Source of the DNA: Myxococcota bacterium
GTDB taxonomy: Bacteria > Myxococcota > JACRCW01
Length of the DNA: 20,458 bases
Direction of reading: 5' to 3'
Assembly (NCBI GenBank): GCA_040752415.1
Contig: JBFMGU010000192.1
Span: 1-20,458, forward strand
Part shown: positions 1 through 7,101 of the stretch, piece by piece
Position numbering within the stretch: the stretch's first letter is position 1
How the letters are laid out: each line of letters begins with the position of its first letter
Notes under the pieces: model-generated
Told to the model about the DNA's origin: nothing
Seen by the model: the letters and a program-made list of their open reading frames with translations, nothing else
Databases searched by the model: none
Position numbers and translations under genes: made by a program

Positions 1-133
1 TCGGCGCTGGCCAGGGCGGCGAGGGCCCGCCGCACTCCAGGTCGTGGCCCGCTCACGACGACGTCTGCAATGCCGATGAGCAACCGGAAGGGATACCGCT
101 CACGTGGGAGAAGGCCTCCACCACGTGCTCACC

Positions 134-922
134 TCACAGCCCCAGCGCCCAGCGGATTCCGCCCAGCACGTGACGACGGTAGTTCGCATCATCCCAGACC
201 GCGCCGTGCCCCAGCGCCGTGTAGAACACGCGGCCCTGCCCGTACGTCTGCGTCCACGCCAGCGGGAATCCCCACGGCTCCACCACGACGCCATTGGCCT
301 GCATGTCCACCGTCGTGGTGTCCAGTGACAGGACCACGCTGAGCGCATCCTGGCGGAAGTCACGGAACTCGTAGATCTCGTCGGTGAGGTGCAGCGGTTG
401 CGGCAGTGGCTGGGTGGCGGGATGCGGCTGGCCCTGGACCACCACGCCCACGTCCTCGTGCCAGGGATGGGCCCGGAAGCGCGCGCCAAGGAGCTCGCCC
501 CACTCCGGCCAGTTGTAGAACGTGTCCGAAGTGCTGTGCAGCCCCACGAACGCACCGCCGTCGCGCACGTAACGCAGCAGCAACGCCTTCTGCGCGTCCG
601 TGAGGTCCAGCTCGCCCGTCGTGTAGAAGACCAGCGCGTCCACGTTCCGCAGCGCCTGCTCGGTGACGACGTCCGTGGCGCACTCGAAGTGTCGCAGCTC
701 GAACGCGCCGGTGCTCAGCTCGCGCAGCACGTCGACGGAGTGCGGCAGCACGTCATGCCGGTATCCGCGACTCTCGGTGATGTACGCCACCACCGGGACG
801 CCCGCCCCGCCGTCGGGAACCGGGGCCATGTTGGCGGGACCACCACACGTCGTCGTCTGCTGCGCCGCGGATGGGCGCGAGCACCCCACGAGCAACAAGG
901 CCAGCAGCACGGACGTGCGCAT
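134..922 (-). CDS. ThuA-like domain lipoprotein (class I glutamine amidotransferase-like fold)
   Basis: Lipobox LLLVGC. Motifs GYRHD, LVFYTTGEL, GGAFVGLHS, DEIY, PLAW and YGQGRVFYTALGH are characteristic of ThuA-domain proteins. Confidence 0.85.
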   Translation of the reverse strand: MRTSVLLALLLVGCSRPSAAQQTTTCGGPANMAPVPDGGAGVPVVAYITESRGYRHDVLPHSVDVLRELSTGAFELRHFECATDVVTEQALRNVDALVFYTTGELDLTDAQKALLLRYVRDGGAFVGLHSTSDTFYNWPEWGELLGARFRAHPWHEDVGVVVQGQPHPATQPLPQPLHLTDEIYEFRDFRQDALSVVLSLDTTTVDMQANGVVVEPWGFPLAWTQTYGQGRVFYTALGHGAVWDDANYRRHVLGGIRWALGL

Positions 923-925
923 GGG

Positions 926-1828
926 TCACCACAAGGATGTGACGTATTTGCTGGGCTCGTGCGGTCGGAGCATGCGACGGGGCAGCTCCTCCTCGAGAAA
1001 CGCGAAGAAGTCGTCTGGGGTCTTGGGCACGCCGATGGCCCAGAACCACATGGAGAGCACGTCGCGGTCCAGCTTGCGGTGCTCCTGGTTGTCGGCAATG
1101 TCCTGCAGCACGCGCGCCTTGTGCTCGGGCGTTTCCGGCCAGCGCCACGGACAGTGGCTGGGGTGCATCTGCACCATGGCGTTGCCGGCTTGCGTGCGCT
1201 GCATCTCCGCGTCGGGGAGGAACGGGAAGATGCGGCACGCGTCGGGTCGCAGCGCATGCACGCCACACCGACGCTGCGAGCCCACGCGCAACAGGAACGC
1301 GCAGCTCCGGTCCGGACGCCGCTTCAGCACCAGCGCGAACTTCTGCAGCCCGATGCGCACGTAGTGCGTGGGCGCGGTGCCCTGGTACGGAACGAGTCCC
1401 AGGAACTCGCTGAACGGGATGTTGAGCACGCTGCGGAGCCGCCACGCGTCGAACATGTTCACCGGGATGACGTGACCGCTGCAGCAATCCACGTCGCAGC
1501 CGGCGCACATGTCTATCTCCGCGCCGCCTTCCTGGACGGGCGGTTCCCGGTACAGCTCCAAGCGCACCGACGGACGGCCCACCAGGTTCATGGTGAGCTG
1601 CTCGCCAAAACCGGGACGCGGCGGCACCGGGGGACGGTCCGGGCGCGCGCTGGGACCGCCGGGATACGAGACGGGCGGGAGCTGTCCGGTCGTCGTGGTG
1701 GCCAGCACCTCGTCCAGCCAGGAGGGACGTGGCGGCTCGGAGGGTGTCGTCGTCACCGGCGCGGGGGCCGGCTGTTTCCGTCGTGAAGCGGTCTTCTTGC
1801 GCCGGGTCTTGCTCCGCGTGGTGGGCAT
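926..1828 (-). CDS. YkgJ-family (CxxCxxxCC) cysteine-cluster protein, putative Zn/Fe-chelating
   Basis: CAGCDVDCC, then CAFL...CGVHALRPDACRIFPF. The N-terminal ~95 aa are a basic, Pro-rich extension. Confidence 0.8.
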   Translation of the reverse strand: MPTTRSKTRRKKTASRRKQPAPAPVTTTPSEPPRPSWLDEVLATTTTGQLPPVSYPGGPSARPDRPPVPPRPGFGEQLTMNLVGRPSVRLELYREPPVQEGGAEIDMCAGCDVDCCSGHVIPVNMFDAWRLRSVLNIPFSEFLGLVPYQGTAPTHYVRIGLQKFALVLKRRPDRSCAFLLRVGSQRRCGVHALRPDACRIFPFLPDAEMQRTQAGNAMVQMHPSHCPWRWPETPEHKARVLQDIADNQEHRKLDRDVLSMWFWAIGVPKTPDDFFAFLEEELPRRMLRPHEPSKYVTSLW

Positions 1829-1844
1829 CCGTCTCCTCGCGCGC

Positions 1845-3494
1845 TCACTGCGTGCAGAGATCCGCCGGCCCGTCGACGATGGCGGGACTGGCGTTGAAGT
1901 CCGTCATGGTGAAGCGCGGGGACGCGTTGGGGTTGTAGTGCACAATGCCCGCGAGCCAGAGGCTGCCCTCCGTCGGGAGCTGCACGGGTCCCAGCACCGG
2001 GACGGGCGCCGGCTCGCCGTGGAAGAAGACCTCCACCTGCGCCACCGCACCCTCGTCTTCCAGGCGGTCGTTGCAGAAATGCACCTGCACCACGTAGTCG
2101 CCCTCGACCGGATTGTTCAGCGAGATGATCTCCGGTCCCTCGCCGCGCACGTCGTCAATGTCCTGGCGCGGGTCGTCATCCACGTCGGTGAGCGTGCCCC
2201 AGTCCGGGTTGCGGTTGGCGTAGCTGCAATCCAGCCCCTGGCTCCGACACACCGCGCCGGACTGCGTGGGACGACACCGGTCATCACAACCCGCCTGTCC
2301 CGCGCATCCCGCGAAGTAGTCGCCCAGCGTGCCTCCTGGGGCCACCAGGTGCAGGTCCACGTCGGTCTTGCCGCACTCGTACTCCGGTGTGCTGGCGCTG
2401 CGACACGGCGCGTTGGGCGCGGGCTGCCACGTCAGACGCAGCGCCAGGTCGCGCACGGCGCGGATGATCGCCTCGCCCTTGGCGGTGGCACCGCGGGAAT
2501 CCGTCCCCGTGACCTCGACGCGGTAGATGCCCACCTGGTCAATGTAGAGCTGCCGTTCCACGTCGACGCCGGTCTGCTCCAGGATGGACTGGCTCCCGAG
2601 CGGGCGCTCCAGCATGCGCCAGGAGAGCGTGTAGTTCTCGCCCTCGGGCTCCACCGTCTCGGACGCGTCGAGCACCACGTCGAGATACAGGTCCGTGCGG
2701 TAGTCGCTGACCCGCGTCACCTTCTCCACCACCTTCACCGCGGGGGCCAGGTTGGCGCGCGCGGTGAGCGGGACGGCCTTGTCGGGCTCGCCGTCGGCGT
2801 CGGAGAGGATGTGCAGCAGGCCCTCCGCGTCGCCGGTCTCCTGTGGGAACATCTCCACCTTGACGGTGACGCGCTCACCCACGCCCACGTCGCCACGCGG
2901 GAAGCTGTCGGTGACGGCGAGGCCAAAGCCCGGGTCGCTGCTGGGGTCAATGGTGATGTCCGTGACGTGCAGGACGTCCAGCCCGGTGTTCTCGATGGTG
3001 AACGTGCGCGACGACGGATTGCCCTGGTGCACGAGGTCAAACGTCACGGCCTCCGGGTTGACCTTGATGCGCGGCGGACCGCCCACGCCGGTGATGGGGA
3101 CCTGGAGCTTGGGCGTGTCCGGGTCGTTGGTCTCCACCACGAGGTTGGCGGTGTACGGGCCGCGCGCCGGCGGGTGGAACACCACCTCGAACGGCTCCAG
3201 CTGGCCTTCCGCGACGTGGATGATCTCCTTGCCGGGAACCTGGACCACCGTGAACGGCGCGTCGGCGGGCTCAATGGCAATCCTGCTCACGTCCATGTCC
3301 GCGGTGCCCACGTTCATGAGCTTCACGGTCATGCGCGTGTCGGCGTCGACGCGTCGCAGCTCGAAGGCAATGGGATTGGGGTCCACTGCCGCCTTGGGCT
3401 TGAGGTCTCCAAGGTCATCCTCCTGGCACCTGCACGACGACAGGGCCAGGATGGTGAGGGCAACGGTGAGCTTCGTCGAGGTTGCGAGGGCCAT
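1845..3494 (-). CDS. Lipoprotein with two ASH/choice-of-anchor-D-like Ig domains, a PKD-like domain and a Cys-rich C-terminal YfaP/DUF2135-like domain
   Basis: Lipobox LALSSC. Repeated NxGxxxLxV...(N/S)D patterns (NVGTADMDV..ETNDPD; NTGLDVLHV..LSDAD). LDASETVEPEG...WRM...GIYRVEVT resembles PKD. DVDLHL and GPEIISL motifs are present. Confidence 0.7.
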   Translation of the reverse strand: MALATSTKLTVALTILALSSCRCQEDDLGDLKPKAAVDPNPIAFELRRVDADTRMTVKLMNVGTADMDVSRIAIEPADAPFTVVQVPGKEIIHVAEGQLEPFEVVFHPPARGPYTANLVVETNDPDTPKLQVPITGVGGPPRIKVNPEAVTFDLVHQGNPSSRTFTIENTGLDVLHVTDITIDPSSDPGFGLAVTDSFPRGDVGVGERVTVKVEMFPQETGDAEGLLHILSDADGEPDKAVPLTARANLAPAVKVVEKVTRVSDYRTDLYLDVVLDASETVEPEGENYTLSWRMLERPLGSQSILEQTGVDVERQLYIDQVGIYRVEVTGTDSRGATAKGEAIIRAVRDLALRLTWQPAPNAPCRSASTPEYECGKTDVDLHLVAPGGTLGDYFAGCAGQAGCDDRCRPTQSGAVCRSQGLDCSYANRNPDWGTLTDVDDDPRQDIDDVRGEGPEIISLNNPVEGDYVVQVHFCNDRLEDEGAVAQVEVFFHGEPAPVPVLGPVQLPTEGSLWLAGIVHYNPNASPRFTMTDFNASPAIVDGPADLCTQ

Positions 3495-3504
3495 GGGGAC
3501 GCTG

Positions 3505-3534
3505 AGTGTAGGTGTGGCGCTTGCCCCGTTTCAA
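3505..3534 (-). promoter_or_regulatory. Putative sigma70 promoter for the 3494->134 operon
   Basis: Minus strand reads TTGAAA-N18-TACACT, with 10 nt between the -10 and the ATG at 3494. Confidence 0.55.
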
Positions 3535-3596
3535 TCACCCTCGCCTCACGCATCTGACGGTGGCGTGAGCGCGGGGCGCGGGGCATAACGGCGCTG

Positions 3597-3866
3597 ATGA
3601 CCCGGCCTTCCACCAGCGTCCAGGTCCCCCACGGCGCGGTTCCCCAGCACGCGCTTCCTCCGCCACCCCCGGATGACAGCCTTGAGCTCCATGAGGCCAG
3701 ACGACTGCGCACCAAGCGCGTGATGGCGGGCTTCATCCTGGCGCTCATGACCACGGAAGTGGTGGCGTACGCCGGTGCGCTCGCCCGTCGTCACCCTTGG
3801 TTCGGCGGGCGGAATCCCTCGGTGGACCGCGCCATCTGCGTCCCGGCCCATCCCGTTCGGCGCTGA
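3597..3866 (+). CDS. Small hypothetical single-pass membrane protein (89 aa)
   Basis: GC3-rich codons and a hydrophobic segment VMAGFILALMTTEVVAYAGAL. Its 3' end is duplicated downstream with only synonymous changes, which supports this frame. Confidence 0.6.
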   Translation: MTRPSTSVQVPHGAVPQHALPPPPPDDSLELHEARRLRTKRVMAGFILALMTTEVVAYAGALARRHPWFGGRNPSVDRAICVPAHPVRR

Positions 3867-3869
3867 GCC
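3807..3869 (+). repeat. 63-bp direct repeat, copy 1 (3' end and stop of the 89-aa gene)
   Basis: gggcggaatccctcggtggaccgcgccatctgcgtcccggCCcatcccgtTcggcgctgagcc is 61/63 identical to 4263-4325. Confidence 0.97.
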
Positions 3870-4262
3870 CCGCTCGCCACATCGGGTTGCGACGCCGACA
3901 GGGCGGCCCCCGTCGTCGCCACGCCGGTTGTGGCCGAGATGGCGACGCGATAGGAGTGACGCATGGCGGCGAAACGGCAACGGAATGGCGGCGAACGCGT
4001 TTTTCCGGCGGAGGCGTTCAAGCTGTTCCGTCAGATGCGAGATAGCCTCAAGCACCTGGAAGAGGGTCAGGTTGCCCTGGCCAAGGCACAGCACGAGACC
4101 ACGAAGGTGATGGTGGGTCTCAATGCCAAAGTGGACCGGCTTGCGGCAGACCTGAAGGCCGGACTCTCCCGAGCTGAGATCCGCCGCATGGCCCCTGCGC
4201 GACCGCGTCGCCCGACTTGAAATCGAAGTCGAACGCCTCAAGGCGCGTCGCTGATGAACAAT
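3870..4262. mobile_element. Putative integrated single-gene islet between att-like direct repeats (no integrase inside)
   Basis: 393 bp bounded by the 63-bp repeats. It holds one ORF with many A/T-ending codons (AAA, CAA, AAT, GTT, TTT, GAT, GGT, GCA, CTT), unlike its neighbours. Confidence 0.5.
3963..4254 (+). pseudogene. Small coiled-coil protein gene with an apparent +1 frameshift near 4168-4195 (in-frame ORF is 3963-4220, 85 aa)
   Basis: GGAG lies 6 nt before ATG 3963. The heptad-like sequence degrades to PARPRRPT, while the +1 frame continues LRDRVARLEIEVERLKARR* with a stop at 4252-4254. Confidence 0.55.
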
Positions 4263-4325
4263 GGGCGGAATCCCTCGGTGGACCGCGCCATCTGCGTCCC
4301 GGCGCATCCCGTCCGGCGCTGAGCC
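4263..4325 (+). repeat. 63-bp direct repeat, copy 2
   Basis: gggcggaatccctcggtggaccgcgccatctgcgtcccggCGcatcccgtCcggcgctgagcc, offset 456 bp from copy 1. Confidence 0.97.
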
Positions 4326-4328
4326 GTC

Positions 4329-4358
4329 TTGCGCGTAGGGCCAGCCCTCGCCTACTCC
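4329..4358 (+). promoter_or_regulatory. Putative promoter for a leaderless transcript of the dehydratase operon
   Basis: TTGCGC-N18-TACTCC, then 7 nt to ATG 4366. No Shine-Dalgarno sequence is present. Confidence 0.35.
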
Positions 4359-4365
4359 CCACCGC

Positions 4366-4653
4366 ATGGAGCTTCTCTCGGACGCGGAGCTGGACGCGGC
4401 CCTGGCCGGGATGCCCGGTTGGCGTCGTGAAGGCCGCATGCTGGTGCGCTCGGTGGAGGCGCCCTCGTTCCTGGCGGCGGTCAAGGTGCTGCAGCGCGTG
4501 GCCCTGGTCGCGGAAGCGCGGGAGCACCACCCCGACGTGGACCTGCGCCACCGCACCGTGAAGCTGGCCCTGCACACCTGGGACGCCGGCGGCATCACCG
4601 CGCTGGACGTGGAGCTGGCGCGCGCACTCAATCCCCTGCTGGAGGGCATGTGA
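4366..4653 (+). CDS. phhB: Pterin-4-alpha-carbinolamine dehydratase
   Basis: 95 aa with the AEAREHHPDVDL signature and the LHTWDAGGITALDVELA C-terminal motif. Confidence 0.92.
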   Translation: MELLSDAELDAALAGMPGWRREGRMLVRSVEAPSFLAAVKVLQRVALVAEAREHHPDVDLRHRTVKLALHTWDAGGITALDVELARALNPLLEGM

Positions 4654-5654
4654 TGGACGTCGTCGACCTCACCATGGACCTGTGCCGCATCCCCTCCCTC
4701 ACCGGCAACGAGGCGGCCGTCATGGCCCACGCGCTGACGCTGTGCGAGCGCATGGGATTGCGCGTGCGCACGCAGACGGTGGCCACGGAAGGTCGCGTGA
4801 ACGTCCTGGCCGAGGACCCCACCGTTCCCGCGGAGCTGCTCTTCTCCACGCACCTGGACACCGTGCCTCCGTACATCCCGCCCGTCGACACGGGGGAGAA
4901 GCTCACCGGACGCGGCACCTGCGACGCCAAGGGGCCCGCCGCGGCCATGTTCTGCGCGCTGGAACGGCTGCGCAATCGGGGGGAGAAGCGGGCGGGGTTG
5001 CTCTTTCTCGTCGGGGAAGAGACCACCAGCGACGGAGCCAAGGCCGCGGCCAAGGGCTTTGCGCCCACGGTGCGCTGGCTCATCAACGGGGAGCCCACGT
5101 CCATGGCGCTGGCCAGCGGCCAGAAGGGCATCCTCGCGTTCCGACTGACGACGAAGGGCGTGGCCTGTCACAGCGCGTACCCGGAGCTGGGTCACAGCGC
5201 CATCCACGCGTTGCTGCCCACGTTGAACCGCATCATCACGGAGTCATGGCCGCGCACCGACGAGATGGGCGAGACCACGGTGAACATTGGCCTGATGCAG
5301 GGCGGCGTGGCGCAGAATGTGCTGGCACCGGAGGCGGAAGCGCGCGGGGTGTTCCGCCTGGTGACGCCGCTGGCGGACATGGAAGCCCGCGTGCGCGCCA
5401 TGCTCCCCTCCGACGTGGAATTCGAGCGCACCGGCGGCTGCGACCCCATCACGCTGCACACGCTGCCGGGCTTCCGCACGGAAGTGGTGCGTTTCGGCTC
5501 CGACGTGCCGTACCTGCGGGTCCTGGGCACACCGCTGATGCTCGGCCCCGGCTCCATCCACGACGCACATACCGCGCACGAGTTCGTGCTGAAGGCGGAC
5601 CTCTACGGCGCGGTGGAGAAGTACGAGTCCATTGCCGTGGAGCTGCTGGGCTGA
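4653..5654 (+). CDS. M20/M25/M40 family metallohydrolase (ArgE/DapE-like deacylase)
   Basis: Metal-ligand motifs STHLDTV, GRGTCDAKG, VGEE, NGEPT and GPGSIHDAH. The start overlaps the upstream stop (TGATG). Confidence 0.9.
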   Translation: MDVVDLTMDLCRIPSLTGNEAAVMAHALTLCERMGLRVRTQTVATEGRVNVLAEDPTVPAELLFSTHLDTVPPYIPPVDTGEKLTGRGTCDAKGPAAAMFCALERLRNRGEKRAGLLFLVGEETTSDGAKAAAKGFAPTVRWLINGEPTSMALASGQKGILAFRLTTKGVACHSAYPELGHSAIHALLPTLNRIITESWPRTDEMGETTVNIGLMQGGVAQNVLAPEAEARGVFRLVTPLADMEARVRAMLPSDVEFERTGGCDPITLHTLPGFRTEVVRFGSDVPYLRVLGTPLMLGPGSIHDAHTAHEFVLKADLYGAVEKYESIAVELLG

Positions 5655-5658
5655 CGTC

Positions 5659-6111
5659 ATGCCGGTCTTCTCGAGGGAGATCCTGCTGGCGGCACCGGTG
5701 CGGACCGTCTGGGACTTCCACCTCCGCCCCGACGCGCTCCGCCGCCTCACGCCCCCCGACGGCAGCGTGATCATTGACGAGGAGGTGCCGGTGACCGAAG
5801 GCGCGGTGGTGACGCTGCGCGTCCGGATGAGCCCGCTGCCGTTCCGCATGCGCTGGCCTTCCCGCTACACGCGGGTGGAACCGTTGCGTGGTTTTGTCGA
5901 CGTGGCGCTGGGCGGGCCGTTTCCGTCGTGGGAGCACCACCACCGTTTCTCCGACGAGAACGGCCGTTGCCGCGTCACCGACGAGGTCCAGTGGCAGACC
6001 CCGCTCGGCGCGCTGGGAAACACGGTGTCCGCGCCGTTCATCCGCGTCATGCTTGAGCAGCAGCTGGGCTACCGGCACCGCATGCTTTCCCAGCTGTTCG
6101 GCGCGCCCTGA
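5659..6111 (+). CDS. SRPBCC (START-like/polyketide cyclase) family protein
   Basis: APVRTVWDFH..LRRLTPP and FVDVALGGPFPSWEHHHRF..VTDEV motifs. Confidence 0.85.
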   Translation: MPVFSREILLAAPVRTVWDFHLRPDALRRLTPPDGSVIIDEEVPVTEGAVVTLRVRMSPLPFRMRWPSRYTRVEPLRGFVDVALGGPFPSWEHHHRFSDENGRCRVTDEVQWQTPLGALGNTVSAPFIRVMLEQQLGYRHRMLSQLFGAP

Positions 6112-6125
6112 GCGGCGCCAGTGTC

Positions 6126-6134
6126 TGCTATGGT
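6126..6134 (+). promoter_or_regulatory. Putative extended -10 promoter
   Basis: TGcTATGGT lies in the intergenic gap, 36 nt before ATG 6171. Confidence 0.4.
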
Positions 6135-6170
6135 GGCCCGTCCGCGCTCCTGACGCGCACTCCATTGCCC

Positions 6171-7088
6171 ATGAACATCGTCCTCCTCGCCGCAACCCTT
6201 GCCCTGACGCAGGCGCCTGTCGTGGCGCAGCAATCCGTGGCCGTGCTCCCACTTGAAGCCAAGGGTGGCGTGAAACCCGACGCCGCGGACCTGCTCTATT
6301 CCAAGCTCGTCAGCACGGTGCGGGGACAACGTCGCTTCTCACGCGTGGTGGGCACCAAGGAGATTGAGAGCCTGCTCGGGTTCGAGAAGCAGAGGCAGTT
6401 GCTCAGCTGCGAGTCCTCGTCGTGCATTGCGGAGGTCGCGGGGGCGCTGGGCGTGGACTACCTGATTGGCGGGAACGTGGGGCTCCTCGGCAAGACGTGG
6501 GTGTTCAACCTGTTCATCACCAACACGCGCACCGCGCAGGTGGAGGCGTCCGCCAGCAAGGAAGCCTCCGGTGACTCCGAGGAAGCGCTGCTCAAGCTCA
6601 TTCCGGACCTCGTGGTCGAGCTGCTCAGCGATCTCGGCCGCGCCACCGCGCCCGTCGCCACTCCCGCGCCCGCGCAGCCCGTCGAGACGCCCGCGCCGCA
6701 GACCGCCGCCTCACCCGCGCCCACCCCGACACCCGCGCCATCTCCCGCCACAACGTCGTCACCGCCGGTTGCGGAGGATGCCGGCGGAGGCGGCGGGCCG
6801 GGCCGGATTCTCATGGCGCTGGGTGCCGCGGGCATTGCCTCCACGGTGATTCCGCTGGCGATGATCGCGCTGGGCGCGGCGTCGTCGGGAGGGATGTGGG
6901 CCGCGGTGTGGTCCAACCCGGAGGGGCTGCGCAACGGTCCCCTCACCGTGCGCCAGAAGCTGACGCTGCTGCAGGTGGGGATTGCCGGCGGCACGGTGGC
7001 GGCGGGAACGGGTGTGGTGCTTGCGCCAGTGGTGCTGCTGGTGGGCGTGGGTGTGCTGGTCGCGGGTGTCGTCGTCAACATGCTGTGA
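6171..7088 (+). CDS. Exported membrane-anchored protein: signal peptide, TolB-N/CsgG-like alpha/beta domain, Pro/Ala/Thr linker, C-terminal Gly-rich hydrophobic helices
   Basis: Signal peptide, VAVLPL, CESSSCIAEVAGALGVDYLIGGNVG, a PAPTPTPAP linker and two long hydrophobic segments. Confidence 0.7.
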   Translation: MNIVLLAATLALTQAPVVAQQSVAVLPLEAKGGVKPDAADLLYSKLVSTVRGQRRFSRVVGTKEIESLLGFEKQRQLLSCESSSCIAEVAGALGVDYLIGGNVGLLGKTWVFNLFITNTRTAQVEASASKEASGDSEEALLKLIPDLVVELLSDLGRATAPVATPAPAQPVETPAPQTAASPAPTPTPAPSPATTSSPPVAEDAGGGGGPGRILMALGAAGIASTVIPLAMIALGAASSGGMWAAVWSNPEGLRNGPLTVRQKLTLLQVGIAGGTVAAGTGVVLAPVVLLVGVGVLVAGVVVNML

Positions 7089-7101
7089 TTGGGAGGTTGG
7101 A

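Noticed and set aside
1..56. Possible start of a further minus-strand gene (GTG at 56, MSGPRPGVRRALAALASA...)
   Set aside because: Only 18 codons are visible and there is no RBS or motif, so it cannot be supported from this window.
3807..4325. Repeat pair as a diversity-generating retroelement TR/VR, a CRISPR array or integron attC sites
   Set aside because: There are only two copies. The mismatches are not adenine-specific (one is C/G), no reverse transcriptase, cas or integrase gene is in the window, and there is no attC-type palindrome.
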